Notes: generated from the sequence alone by a model not told the origin. DNA of 64,000 nt from Candidatus Omnitrophota bacterium (GCA_043820815.1 JBDRDJ010000005.1:105517-169516); one strand, 5' to 3'. Counted from the stretch's first letter, positions 1 to 9,936 are shown. Made by a program: numbers and translations.

Positions 1-13
1 CTGCGTAAATTTC

Positions 14-38
14 GAGGATTTCGAACCCACCAAAGGTG
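14..38 (-). terminator. Hairpin (ACCCACC-TTT-GGTGGGT) followed by a U-rich stretch, immediately 3' of the GIY-YIG ORF
   Basis: Minus-strand inverted repeat cacccacctttggtgggt, then tcgaaatcctcgaaattt, just downstream of the stop at 50. Confidence 0.3.
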
Positions 39-49
39 GGTGAGAAATC

Positions 50-316
50 TTATTTGCCTTTTGAATCAATTAACGCCAATTTCTTATCACGACGCCATCT
101 TTTTATCTCGGCTTCACGTTTAAGCGCACTTGAACGATCACAAAATTGTTCACAATATAGCAATCTTACCGGCTTACGAAACCTAGTATATCGGCACTTA
201 ACAGTAGTATTGTGTTCTTTTATACGCCTATTTACATCATTTGAAATGCCAACGTATAGTTCTCCATTCCTACATTTGGCGATATAAACATTCCAAATAT
301 TAAGATCCTTCGTCAC
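50..316 (-). CDS. GIY-YIG nuclease family protein (small stand-alone GIY-YIG domain, 88 aa)
   Basis: Translation contains the GIY-YIG hallmark: ...ELYVGISNDVNRRIKEH...REAEIKRWRRDKK (GIY...YIG...R...E...N-type layout). Confidence 0.7.
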   Translation of the reverse strand: MTKDLNIWNVYIAKCRNGELYVGISNDVNRRIKEHNTTVKCRYTRFRKPVRLLYCEQFCDRSSALKREAEIKRWRRDKKLALIDSKGK

Positions 317-459
317 TTTCGTTCCTCAGGACTAATTCGACTACAGGCTTTTTTGCCTTCGGCTTCAAAAGCCTAAGTCTCATTGAGCTCTGCCACCCCT
401 CCTAAATGGCAAATCGTAAGATGCATAATTATAGCATGCTTTGGGGGTTTTTCAAGAAG

Positions 460-527
460 GTAAAAGGGGTCACACCTATTTTTGATGCTTAGAGAAATTT
501 AGAAAAATAGGTGTGACCCCTTTTACT
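460..527. terminator. Long perfect hairpin (about 22-bp stem, TAAAAGGGGTCACACCTATTTTT / AAAAATAGGTGTGACCCCTTTTA) overlapping the stop of the receiver gene
   Basis: Inverted repeat read directly. Same AAAAGGGGTCAC core as the hairpins at 21244-21272 and 30008-30037, which sit downstream of minus-strand genes. Confidence 0.45.
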
Positions 528-910
528 CAGTCAGGCGGGATTAATCTTTCAATCATTAGAATAAGTTCATCAACTATAACCGGCTTTGCCATGATATGGT
601 GCTTACCACAGCGCTCCATAGTCCTTGCTTCTGACTTATTCATAATTCCCGTTAGAAACAAAATAGGAATATTCGAGGTTTTGGGATTTTTCGATAAAAG
701 CGAAGCGACCTCGCCTCCGGATAGATCAGGCATAACTATGTCAAGGATTATGAGGTCAGGCTTTTTAGAAAGGGCTAAATCAAAAGCATCCTTGCCTTTA
801 GAAGTTACAACGACCTTATAATTGTGGCGCGAAAGTATATTCTTTAGATACTCTAAAATGCCGGCTTCATCATCAACCACCAATATAGTTTTCTTTGCTT
901 CACTTTGCAT
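527..910 (-). CDS. Single-domain response regulator (CheY-like receiver)
   Basis: ILVVDDE...DLIILDIVMPDLSG...PILFLTG...K receiver-domain motifs with the phospho-acceptor Asp context. Confidence 0.85.
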   Translation of the reverse strand: MQSEAKKTILVVDDEAGILEYLKNILSRHNYKVVVTSKGKDAFDLALSKKPDLIILDIVMPDLSGGEVASLLSKNPKTSNIPILFLTGIMNKSEARTMERCGKHHIMAKPVIVDELILMIERLIPPD

Positions 911-970
911 ATGCTATAAATACCACAATTAATTTTGCTTGTCAAGCAAGCTGTAAAATGGCATAAATTC

Positions 971-1567
971 CTATCTAAGAGCCTGGGTAAAAACATCCTG
1001 AATCAGGATTGCTCCGTTTTTCATGCCCTCCAATATTACTTTTCCGGTGTATATATTAAAACCTATGCGTAAATACAGGCTCAAAATAATAAGATTAAGA
1101 ATAAACAGGATGCTGAACATAAACAAGTAATTTACACTTGAAGAGAATGAACTGCCTTTTATCTGGCGGGCGATAAAGATAAGATGCATGCAAAAAGAAA
1201 AACCGCCCACAAAGATAAAAATGTCTTTATTGATTGAAGTGTTGGTAATTTTTGGCACAAAGAAATAACCAATACTCAAAATAACCAATAAAGAGGGAGA
1301 AAACAAAGATACATACTGGGCGCGGAAAAAGAAATTCTGGATTTTCTTATAGAATCCGTCTAAATCGGATATAAAAGTATAAAACGCAAAAGTTGAAATT
1401 ATCGATAAGACTAAAATATCCAGGTTGAAAGCGTCCTGGGAACGCAGTTCACCCCAAAGCCGGGCTGTCAACTTTACGAGAAAACAAAGAATAAAAAGAA
1501 AAAGAATAAGCTTTATAACGGTAAAGAAATAATTACTGCGTAAACTGTGCTCTTCCATTTCTTTCAT
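971..1567 (-). CDS. Hypothetical polytopic membrane protein
   Basis: 198-aa ORF dominated by hydrophobic helices; no recognisable catalytic motif. Confidence 0.4.
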   Translation of the reverse strand: MKEMEEHSLRSNYFFTVIKLILFLFILCFLVKLTARLWGELRSQDAFNLDILVLSIISTFAFYTFISDLDGFYKKIQNFFFRAQYVSLFSPSLLVILSIGYFFVPKITNTSINKDIFIFVGGFSFCMHLIFIARQIKGSSFSSSVNYLFMFSILFILNLIILSLYLRIGFNIYTGKVILEGMKNGAILIQDVFTQALR

Positions 1568-1623
1568 TCTTCGTTATCAATCTAATAATGGATTCCGCCC
1601 TTCGGCCGCATTCCGAAACAAAG

Positions 1624-2895
1624 CTATTTCTTTATACAATCTTTGCCCCCCATATACTTTCTCAAAGCCTGGGGGATAACAACAGAACCGTCTCTTTGCT
1701 GGTAATTTTCCAATATTGCCACCACTAATCGTGCAAGAGCAACACCTGAGCCGTTAAGAGTATGGACAAAAATATTCTTTCCTGATTCTTTATCTCTGTA
1801 TTTTATATTGGCCCGCCGGGCTTGAAAATCCTCAAAATTGGAACAGCTTGAAACCTCAAGCCATTTATCAATTCCCGGTGCATAAATTTCTATATCATAA
1901 CATTTTGCTGCGGCAAAACTTATATCTCCGGTTGCAAGAAGAATAACCCTGTAAGGTATATCGAGAATCTCAAGTACTTTTAAAGCATTCTCGAGAAGAT
2001 TATCAAGCTCATCATAAGAGTTTTGAGGCTTAACGAATTTAACAAGTTCAACTTTGTCAAACTGATGCACCCGCATAAGCCCGCGGGTATCTTTGCCGTA
2101 AGATCCGGCTTCTCTTCTAAAACAAGGAGTGTATGCCGTATAGCAAATAGGCAAATCATCTTCGTTCAGAATTTCGTCTCGGTGGATATTAGTCAACGGA
2201 ACCTCGGCCGTAGGAATCAAAAATAAATCGTCATCTTTTGTTACGTACATATCTTCTTCAAGGTTGGGGAGCTGGCCGGTTGCGCGCATAGAATGCCTGT
2301 TTACCAAAACCGGTGAGAAAATCTCTCGATAACCATGCTCATTAACATGTAAATCAAGCATAAGATTTATAAGAGCGCGTTCCAGACAGGCACCGTCACC
2401 TTTGAAAAGCGCAAAGTTAGAACCGGCTATCTTTGCTGCCCTTTTAAAATCAATAATATCGTGGCTTTGCGCCAGCTCTATATGGTCAACGGGCTTGAAA
2501 TCGAATTTCTTTAACTCCTGAGGTTCCTTTATGATCTCATTGCAAAACGCACTGCCCACAGGAACAGACTGGTGAGGAATATTGGGGATTCTATCACAAT
2601 CCTCTCTAAACTTAACATCTAATTTATCGAATTCTTCCTGCAGTTGGTTAATCTCTGATTTTATCGCCTTGCTTTCATCTATCTTTTGGCCGGGGTCTTT
2701 TTTTTCCTTAAGGATAGCCTTAACATCAACATCTATTCTGTTTTGTGCGGCATTAAGCTCCTCTATTTTAGCAAGGATAGTTTTACGGTCATGGTCAAGC
2801 AGGAGAAATGAATCTAAATCAAAGCGGTAATTGCGGTTTTTAAGCGCGGCTCTGACAACCTCGTGATTCTGACGGATAAATTTTGGGTCTAACAT
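1624..2895 (-). CDS. serS: Seryl-tRNA synthetase
   Basis: 423 aa. N-terminal coiled-coil arm, then class II aaRS core (FSPVLVN, GLMRVHQFDKVE, GSGVALARL motif-3-like). Confidence 0.9.
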   Translation of the reverse strand: MLDPKFIRQNHEVVRAALKNRNYRFDLDSFLLLDHDRKTILAKIEELNAAQNRIDVDVKAILKEKKDPGQKIDESKAIKSEINQLQEEFDKLDVKFREDCDRIPNIPHQSVPVGSAFCNEIIKEPQELKKFDFKPVDHIELAQSHDIIDFKRAAKIAGSNFALFKGDGACLERALINLMLDLHVNEHGYREIFSPVLVNRHSMRATGQLPNLEEDMYVTKDDDLFLIPTAEVPLTNIHRDEILNEDDLPICYTAYTPCFRREAGSYGKDTRGLMRVHQFDKVELVKFVKPQNSYDELDNLLENALKVLEILDIPYRVILLATGDISFAAAKCYDIEIYAPGIDKWLEVSSCSNFEDFQARRANIKYRDKESGKNIFVHTLNGSGVALARLVVAILENYQQRDGSVVIPQALRKYMGGKDCIKK

Positions 2896-2924
2896 ATTTT
2901 AAATGATTACACAGATATTAAATA

Positions 2925-2945
2925 TAATACAATATTATACATGGG
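2925..2945 (-). promoter_or_regulatory. Putative extended -10 promoter (TGTATAAT) for serS
   Basis: Minus-strand TGTATAAT about 40 nt upstream of the serS ATG; no clear -35. Confidence 0.3.
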
Positions 2946-2987
2946 TTCTTGAAAAAATCTATATTATTATGATAAATCGTATTAATA

Positions 2988-3010
2988 ACGGGCGGCCACA
3001 AGGGCCGCCT
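2988..3010. repeat. GC-rich hairpin repeat, copy 1 (ACGGGCGGCCACAAGGGCCGCC)
   Basis: Member of the 4-copy family ACGGGCGGCCRCAAGGGCCGCCCGT with an AT-rich TTATTA leader; intergenic between serS and the permease gene. Confidence 0.7.
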
Positions 3011-4649
3011 AATATTCCTTCTTCTCCAACTTCCAAAGCCCTATCCAGCTTACCGCTATTGCCGTGCTTATGCTGACAACTACCCAAATCAATAATGCCT
3101 TATTTAGGGTATTATGAAAATAAAGAGATTTACCTTTAAAATAAAGATGTGTTATTGTACCAAATAAAAAAACAGTTATGAAAGTATACCCCACATTAAT
3201 AATAAGTGCTACAAATCCCCCCAGGCTTTCAACAGCCTCAAGGTAATACGGCTGGGTAAAATCGGCAAAATATGCACCCAAGCCCAAAGAATAACTCGAC
3301 ATTGTTAATGTAGAGACTAAAGTGACAAACAAGGCAAGTTTTAAAAAGGCCGGATCAATATCAAGCATGCGGCTGGATGTATAAATAAGCAATCCTGCTA
3401 TAAAAGCGATCGTAGTAAACGAAAGAAAAAACTTTTCAATAAACACTTTCTTTAAAGATACGGGCGCAAGCTTTAAAATCCAGAAATTGCTTCCCTCAAG
3501 GCTCCATTGCGGATAAATAAACCGTATGCCAATGGCTGAAATTATACAAAGAATACTGAACATATTTAAAAATGTTAAAATATTCTTCCATACAGGGACC
3601 AAAAGATGATAAGACATTCTGCGTATATTCAAGAAATAAAAGAACAATATTCCGAAAAAAAGGAAAAACTGAAGCCACTGGCTGGGCTCACGCACAAAAA
3701 GCTTTATATCTTTAGCTATAAAAGCACGCATCTTTATGGGAATAACTTTAAGATAACCGATAACAATTCCTAAATAATCAGTATTAGTTTTCTTATGTAT
3801 AAGCCAGCGGTGCCTATGATAAATAAAAAGAAATGTTTTTGAGGGCAGGCTGATTAGGCTAAGCAAAAGAAAAGAAAGCCCCCAGAGGTTGACAAGGTAT
3901 AAAAGAGATTTCTTAATATTTCCATCCTCGAAATAGGTTAAACCGTACCCCGGCCAAGAAGATGGAAAAAACCAAACTCTGGAAGTTTTTAAGAATGCGA
4001 CTTCCTCGGAAAGAAAATAAAATAAATCTTTTCCTTGATGAAGGCTGCTGTATTTCAAATAAAGAGCAATGAAAATAGCCGGCACAACGGTTACGCTTGC
4101 GATAACAATTTTCTTTAAGCTAAGCCGCCGAAGAATCCAAAGCGCAAGAAAATATCCTGTTGCACACGATATGATAAAAAACGGGACAGAATAAAATATG
4201 CATGCCAACGAAAGTTTAACTCCGATTCCGCCAACTTGAGAGTAAGCCGTGATAAACAGAATTACCCCAAAAAAAGGAATCCAGCAGGTCATAAAAAGAG
4301 ATTCGGCGAACTTATAAAGAATAATGTTTGCTGAATCAACCGGAAGGCTCAACAGGTATTGTGTTTCCTTACTCCTGAATGTTACCCCGTAGAAAAATAC
4401 CCCGAAGCTTAAAGCCACCATACAAAAAAGAATAAAAAACAAAATAAAGATTATTTTCTTGACTATGACCGTGCCCAAACCGCCAAGCACAATAAGAAAC
4501 CTTAGCCCCTCCCAAATTCCGATATATATCCCGAATATCGCAAAAAGAAGAAACAAACAAATAGCAAAAAATCTGAAAGGCGACTTATTATAGATTGATA
4601 TGATGTGATTTAGAAAACTATTCAGGCGCTGAACAAATAAAGGCTTCAT
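3009..4649 (-). CDS. Polytopic membrane protein, probable ABC transporter permease partner
   Basis: 546 aa with about 12 hydrophobic segments, immediately downstream of and translationally coupled to an ABC ATPase. Confidence 0.5.
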   Translation of the reverse strand: MKPLFVQRLNSFLNHIISIYNKSPFRFFAICLFLLFAIFGIYIGIWEGLRFLIVLGGLGTVIVKKIIFILFFILFCMVALSFGVFFYGVTFRSKETQYLLSLPVDSANIILYKFAESLFMTCWIPFFGVILFITAYSQVGGIGVKLSLACIFYSVPFFIISCATGYFLALWILRRLSLKKIVIASVTVVPAIFIALYLKYSSLHQGKDLFYFLSEEVAFLKTSRVWFFPSSWPGYGLTYFEDGNIKKSLLYLVNLWGLSFLLLSLISLPSKTFLFIYHRHRWLIHKKTNTDYLGIVIGYLKVIPIKMRAFIAKDIKLFVREPSQWLQFFLFFGILFFYFLNIRRMSYHLLVPVWKNILTFLNMFSILCIISAIGIRFIYPQWSLEGSNFWILKLAPVSLKKVFIEKFFLSFTTIAFIAGLLIYTSSRMLDIDPAFLKLALFVTLVSTLTMSSYSLGLGAYFADFTQPYYLEAVESLGGFVALIINVGYTFITVFLFGTITHLYFKGKSLYFHNTLNKALLIWVVVSISTAIAVSWIGLWKLEKKEY

Positions 4650-4652
4650 TAA

Positions 4653-5372
4653 TTAAGCGGTTAGTTTCAAAAATGCCTCTTCCAGCGAATTGGCAGATAG
4701 TTGGGTCCTTAATTCATGCGGAGAGCCTTCTGCGATGAGCTTACCGCCATAAATAATACCCGCGCAATCAGCCAGCTCTTCGGCAATTGAAAGTATGTGG
4801 GTGCATAAGAGTATGCTTTTACCTTCTAAGGTTTCTTGCTTTAGGATCTTTTTTAGAGTATGTATGCTGTAAGGGTCGAGGCCGACAAGCGGTTCATCTA
4901 TTAGATAAACTTTGGGAGAATGGATAAAATTAGAAATATATACTATCTTCTGCCTCATTCCGTGAGAAAGGCCCTTTATAAGATTGTTGCGGCTTTCGCC
5001 TAATTTAAAAAGATCAAAATAATAATCTATCTTCTCATAAAGATCTTTCCTTAAAATGCCGAAGACATCTCCTACAAACTCTAAAAACTCAACGCATGTC
5101 AAATTGTCGTATAAAAAAGGGGTATCGGGAATAAAACCAAGTATACTTTTTACGGAAAGATAATCACCGGGCGCGCTCACGTCTAACCCATCAACAAAAA
5201 CTTTACCTTCTGTCGGCCTCATTAATCCTGTAATGATTTTAAGGGTTGTGGTTTTTCCGGCTCCATTGGGCCCCAAAAGACAATAAAACTCGCCTTTCTT
5301 TACTTGGAGGTTTAAGTTCTTTATCGCCCAGAAATCGCCAAACTGTTTGGATAAATTCTCTATTTTTATCAT
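4653..5372 (-). CDS. ABC transporter ATP-binding protein
   Basis: Walker A GPNGAGKTT, signature LSHGMRQK, Walker B LIDEPLVGLD. Confidence 0.85.
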   Translation of the reverse strand: MIKIENLSKQFGDFWAIKNLNLQVKKGEFYCLLGPNGAGKTTTLKIITGLMRPTEGKVFVDGLDVSAPGDYLSVKSILGFIPDTPFLYDNLTCVEFLEFVGDVFGILRKDLYEKIDYYFDLFKLGESRNNLIKGLSHGMRQKIVYISNFIHSPKVYLIDEPLVGLDPYSIHTLKKILKQETLEGKSILLCTHILSIAEELADCAGIIYGGKLIAEGSPHELRTQLSANSLEEAFLKLTA

Positions 5373-5374
5373 TG

Positions 5375-6844
5375 TTATTTATATTCTAACACATCAATTT
5401 TTAGATTATCAATAATTTTAGAAATTTCAAATTGATTCTTTAACCCTTTAAACAATTTTATGTGCGTTGCATCAGCAACAATCTGCCCTAAGGCAGGGTC
5501 GGTATCAAACCAATTTCCCGCATACACGGAAACCCAGGCATGGTAAAAGAACTTTTCTTTTTCATATACAATACCGACATTAACATACGAAGGAATGCCT
5601 AAGCTGCGCAAAAAACCAACAAGAAGAGCGCTTAATTCAGAGCAATCACCACTCTTAATTGCTAAGGTATCAAGCGTATTTGGAAGGGATAAAGTAGGTA
5701 TCTTTTCAATATTATTATCTATCCACTCCGAGAGTTTTCTTACAGCAGATACGGGATTCGTTATATCCTTTACTATAGAATAAGCAGTTTCCCTGATAAT
5801 AGGAGAATTTACATGGATATACCCGTCTTCTCTTAGATATTTTGAAAATCTTTCCTTATCGATTAAATCAATATCAATTATATCGGAAGGCGTATTTTTA
5901 AACACCTCTACAACAAAGCCATCATCTGTAATCACAGCTTTCTGGTTAAAGTCATTAAGTGTATCAACTGAATCGATCCCGCTCAGCTTAACTTTTAAAT
6001 ACGAGATATTTTCTTTTCCAGGTATAGCTTTTGACTTAACAGCGAAATATTCTATTATGTCTTTTTTGCCGGGATTTAACCGCCGGCTGAAAAGCTTATC
6101 AGGGTCTTCCTTGACAAATGAAAACCCCAAAAGCTCTTCCTTTATCATTCTACCCCTATCGTCAACATACATTGTTCCAGAAATACCTTCAGTGTCGATT
6201 TTAATAACATTGAGTTTTTGTAATCTGCCGCTTACGGTAATTTCTTTTTTGCCTTCGTTATACAAAGTAACCGATGTCTTTCTGTCAAGAAACGGATCAT
6301 AAAAAGATAGGTTGGTTTGCCGGTTAAGGGGGACATAGTTAAGAGACATAGGCGCAAGCATTGAATTAATTAATTCACCTTTAATTGTAAGGGCTTTGCT
6401 GGATTTCTGAAAAGGTGTTTTTGTTGTAATTGTATAATTATCACCTCTTGATTGTTTTATAGACCCTTCAAAAAAGTAATTTCCTGAATTTACTTTAAAT
6501 GCCGCGTCTTTAAGTTTGTAATTATTATGAAGATTAATACTGGCGTCTATGTTAAGCGGGGTAATATGCCCCAACAAAGGCAAAGCAAGACGGGAAGTTG
6601 TTTTCATAAGATATCCGCCGCCCTCTTCAACATCCTTTAATTTCATTAGATAATTTAAATATCCTATGAAATTATCTCTGAAATAAACTGCATACCACGA
6701 ATCTTCGATAAGAAGATCCGGGGGCACAAGAGATGAAAAATTATTGACTTTTGACCTGTTTCTAAAGGGCCCTTCGGTGATGAAAAGAAGGCTGAATGAT
6801 ACGATGAAGAACACCAAGAAAATGAGCCTTTTGTTTATTTTCAA
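5375..6844 (-). CDS. Secreted/membrane-anchored transglutaminase-like cysteine protease domain protein
   Basis: N-terminal signal/TM, then the C-terminal transglutaminase core GDCSELSALLVGFLRSLGIP...HAWVSVY...WFDTDP (Cys-His-Asp). Confidence 0.7.
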   Translation of the reverse strand: MKINKRLIFLVFFIVSFSLLFITEGPFRNRSKVNNFSSLVPPDLLIEDSWYAVYFRDNFIGYLNYLMKLKDVEEGGGYLMKTTSRLALPLLGHITPLNIDASINLHNNYKLKDAAFKVNSGNYFFEGSIKQSRGDNYTITTKTPFQKSSKALTIKGELINSMLAPMSLNYVPLNRQTNLSFYDPFLDRKTSVTLYNEGKKEITVSGRLQKLNVIKIDTEGISGTMYVDDRGRMIKEELLGFSFVKEDPDKLFSRRLNPGKKDIIEYFAVKSKAIPGKENISYLKVKLSGIDSVDTLNDFNQKAVITDDGFVVEVFKNTPSDIIDIDLIDKERFSKYLREDGYIHVNSPIIRETAYSIVKDITNPVSAVRKLSEWIDNNIEKIPTLSLPNTLDTLAIKSGDCSELSALLVGFLRSLGIPSYVNVGIVYEKEKFFYHAWVSVYAGNWFDTDPALGQIVADATHIKLFKGLKNQFEISKIIDNLKIDVLEYK

Positions 6845-6846
6845 AG

Positions 6847-8298
6847 TTAGCCTTTAACCACGCACAGCGGCCTCATGCGGCAAACTTTCTTTGAAAGGCC
6901 TGCATTGTGCACGACGTCTATGACTTGATCTATGTCTTTATATGCCGAAGGCGCTTCTTCAACTATGGTTTTTTTACCTGTTGCCCTTACTTCAATCCCC
7001 TTTTGTTTTAATTCATTAATCAGTTTATCTAGGCTTATTGTTTTTAAAGCCTCATGGCGCGATTTTATCCTTCCGGCTCCGTGGCACGTAGAACTAAATG
7101 ATTCTTCCTCAGCTTTCTTCGTGCCGGCCAAAAGATAAGAACCTGTTCCCATATCTCCCGGAATAATCACCGGCTGGCCGATATCACGGTATCTGTCGGG
7201 CAATTCAGGATGGCCAATGCCCAATGCGCGGGTTGCCCCTTTTCTGTGGACACATAACGCCTTTTCAATGCCGAAAATCTCATGTTTCTCAATCTTAGCT
7301 ATATTATGCGCAACATCGTAAATTAAACTCATACCCAGAGACTGCCAGCTTTTGGAAAATATTTTTTCGAAACTCTGGCGCGTAAGATGCATTAAAACCT
7401 GCCTGTTTGCCCAGGCATAATTAGCCGCCGCGCGCATTGCACCTATGTAGCGTTTGCCTTCCGGGCTATTTACAGGTGCACAGACAAGCTGCCTGTCAGG
7501 GACATTGATTGAATATTTCGAAAGGCACTTAACCATGCCTTTTACGCTGTCATCGCAAACCTGATAGCCAAAACCCCGTGAACCAGAATGAATCATGACT
7601 GTGATTTGCCCTATATATAAACCTAAGCTTTGTGCTATTTTATCATCGAAAATATCTTCAATAACCTGAACTTCCAAGAAGTGGTTGCCGCTTCCCAGCG
7701 TTCCTGCCTGGGGCTTTCCTCTTTCATACGCCCTATCGGATACGCAATCAGGGTCAGCGCCTTCTATGGCACCATATTCTTCACAACACTCCAAATCTTC
7801 TTTTACTCCATACCCCCGTGAAACAGCCCACTTAGCTCCATCAATAAGAAGTCTTTTTTCCTCGCTAAAAGACATCTTAACATCGCCTTTTGAGCCTACG
7901 CCTGAAGGAACATTCTGGAAAAGGCTGTTTACAATCCTTGGAATCTTATCTTTTATGTCTTTTAAATCTAAATTTGTTTTAAGCAGCCTGATGCCGCAGT
8001 TGATATCATATCCTACTCCTCCGGGAGAAATAACTCCTCCATTTTCAGGGTCAGTTGCCGCAACGCCTCCTATTGAAAACCCGTAACCCCAGTGAATATC
8101 AGGCATGGCAAGGGAATTTTTAACAATCCCCGGTAAATGTGCAACATTAGCTACCTGTTCAAGAGCGCGGTCTTTTTTTATGCCTTCGATAAGTTTATCG
8201 TCAGCATATATAATACCATCGACGCGCATCCCCGCTTTGTAACTTTTAGGAATCCGGAATTTGTAATCACCGATTTTCTCTAAAGGACCATCCCACAT
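6847..8298 (-). CDS. rtcB: RNA-splicing ligase RtcB (3'-phosphate/5'-hydroxyl RNA ligase)
   Basis: 483 aa; conserved RtcB segments (GYDINCG, HSGSRGFG, STCHGAGR). Confidence 0.9.
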   Translation of the reverse strand: MWDGPLEKIGDYKFRIPKSYKAGMRVDGIIYADDKLIEGIKKDRALEQVANVAHLPGIVKNSLAMPDIHWGYGFSIGGVAATDPENGGVISPGGVGYDINCGIRLLKTNLDLKDIKDKIPRIVNSLFQNVPSGVGSKGDVKMSFSEEKRLLIDGAKWAVSRGYGVKEDLECCEEYGAIEGADPDCVSDRAYERGKPQAGTLGSGNHFLEVQVIEDIFDDKIAQSLGLYIGQITVMIHSGSRGFGYQVCDDSVKGMVKCLSKYSINVPDRQLVCAPVNSPEGKRYIGAMRAAANYAWANRQVLMHLTRQSFEKIFSKSWQSLGMSLIYDVAHNIAKIEKHEIFGIEKALCVHRKGATRALGIGHPELPDRYRDIGQPVIIPGDMGTGSYLLAGTKKAEEESFSSTCHGAGRIKSRHEALKTISLDKLINELKQKGIEVRATGKKTIVEEAPSAYKDIDQVIDVVHNAGLSKKVCRMRPLCVVKG

Positions 8299-8554
8299 AC
8301 AAGCAACGGGCCGACACAGGTCGGCCCCTCCATATTTGATAAATTCTTCGGGCGATTACACGGAATCGCCTCTACAATATTATTTTATATTTTTCCTCTG
8401 TTTCTGGTTACTTTTTATACGCATTCCGCATTCCGCACACCGCATTCCGAAACTGCGGACTTTCTCTGTCTGGTTTCTGCCCAGCACCAGAACAAGTTCG
8501 ATGCTGGGCGGCCCCGAACCGAACTATGTTCTGGTTCGGGGCTGGTTACTGTAG

Positions 8555-8977
8555 TCAGGTATCAAAAATTACCTCCACTATATATCCGTCTTCGCTATGA
8601 TCAATTTTTAAATTATGAAAAGTTGCGGCTTTTATCTCCATATCGAGCTTGTTACTATATGGGTCAAAATCCTGGCCGGACACTACGGCGTTTAACAGCT
8701 TCTGGCCTTCTCTATCATCAATTGTGATAACGTATTCGGAAGGAAGAAAGTTTTCGGTGTAAAGAATTGAAATAAGTTCGTTTAGCCAGAAAACCAGCAA
8801 ATCTTCGAGAGTTTCTGCTTCAACAATAATATTTTTCTGAATCTCTTTTAAAGGTTTGATTTCGATTATAATGGAAAAGAGCGCGCAGGCTGTATTTTGA
8901 AACAATTCGGCAAGAGTCGTTGCGCGGACACGTATTCCGATATCAGCAGTATGTTCGATGAATTCAAAATTTACCAT
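8555..8977 (-). CDS. Archease (RtcB activator)
   Basis: 140 aa beginning FEFIEHTADIGIRVRATTLAELF, the archease N-terminal signature; directly upstream of rtcB. Confidence 0.8.
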   Translation of the reverse strand: MVNFEFIEHTADIGIRVRATTLAELFQNTACALFSIIIEIKPLKEIQKNIIVEAETLEDLLVFWLNELISILYTENFLPSEYVITIDDREGQKLLNAVVSGQDFDPYSNKLDMEIKAATFHNLKIDHSEDGYIVEVIFDT

Positions 8978-9089
8978 GATTTGTATTGCGTTGTGCGTAT
9001 TGCGTATTGCGTAAATTAATCATCTCATAACGGACATGGTAACGCGAAAACAATTGAGTTAAAAAATATTATAACGCAATACGAGAAAG

Positions 9090-9163
9090 TGGGCCATGAA
9101 GGACTTGAACCTTCAACCTCCGGATTAAGAGTCCGCTGCTCTGCCGAATTGAGCTAATGGCCC
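9090..9163 (-). tRNA. tRNA-Lys (anticodon CUU); CCA not encoded
   Basis: The reverse complement folds as a cloverleaf: acceptor GGGCCAT/ATGGCCC, T-loop GGTTCAAGTCC, anticodon loop CT-CTT-AA with U33. Confidence 0.8.
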
Positions 9164-9283
9164 TATTATACGTTTTGCGGGGTGCGGGTTGCGGAATTCA
9201 ATAGCAGAAAAAAGTCAAGAAATAATAATGAACACGAGCCCCGGATAAATCTATTTTGCATAACATCAAAAATTACGCATAGG

Positions 9284-9667
9284 CTAGCTTTTTACCTTAT
9301 GCGATAGAGACTCGCGGACGGTGTGTTTTAATTCTTCGTTATCCCATGGCTTCTGAATAAATCTAAAGATCTCTCCTTTGTTAACGGCATCTACTAATCC
9401 GTTAAAATCATTATATCCTGAAAATAAAATCCGGATAACTTTAGGGTATTTTTGATTGACGATTTTTAACATTTGCGAACCGCTCATGTCAGGCATTTTT
9501 TGATCAACCATAACAAGGTCAATCTTTTCCTTTTCTAAAATTTCCAAACCCTCTTTTGCCGACCTGGCAGAATGAACCGCATAACCTTCTTTTTTGAAAA
9601 TCTTTTCTAAGCCAGTAACGACTATCGCCTCATCATCAACGCATAAAATAGAATGTTCCTTTTCCAT
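9284..9667 (-). CDS. Single-domain response regulator (CheY-like receiver)
   Basis: ILCVDDE...DLVMVDQKMPDMSG...ILFSG...K receiver motifs. Confidence 0.8.
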   Translation of the reverse strand: MEKEHSILCVDDEAIVVTGLEKIFKKEGYAVHSARSAKEGLEILEKEKIDLVMVDQKMPDMSGSQMLKIVNQKYPKVIRILFSGYNDFNGLVDAVNKGEIFRFIQKPWDNEELKHTVRESLSHKVKS

Positions 9668-9895
9668 AAACCACCTCCAGCTTCATGAATCAATTTAGAT
9701 AACATAAGAATACCATGCAAATATTTTAAACCCGATAAGAACAGGTGGCAAGAGTAATTTTTGGCCACTTCTCACATTTGCGAAAAAAGAGAAAGAACCT
9801 GATTGCACAGATTTTTTATTTATTTACAATGAAAATAATTTTGTCCCGATGGAAGTTTCTGATTTTTTTTAAAGCGGCGAAGAGGAATAAAAAAA

Positions 9896-9936
9896 CCCGG
9901 CAACTACCTACTCTCCCACAACCTTGCGATTGCAGT
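9896..9936 (-). repeat. Exact 41-nt duplicate of the 3' end of 5S rRNA, followed by a T-run (partial 5S copy)
   Basis: Identical to 10015-10055; the next bases are the inverted repeat GGTTCGACTTCG. Confidence 0.8.

Noticed and set aside
1-49. Possible 3' fragment of a tRNA (GGTTCGAAATCC T-loop-like sequence on the minus strand)
   Set aside because: No matching T-stem or acceptor-stem pairing could be built; the sequence is better explained as a terminator hairpin (ACCCACC/GGTGGGT) after the GIY-YIG gene.
2023-8086. Short antisense or overlapping ORFs within serS, the permease, the transglutaminase-like gene and rtcB (2023-2226, 2582-2830, 3496-3678, 4369-4560, 5595-5783, 6057-6302, 6932-7138, 7630-8086)
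   Set aside because: All are nested in or antisense to long, motif-supported genes and have no motifs of their own.
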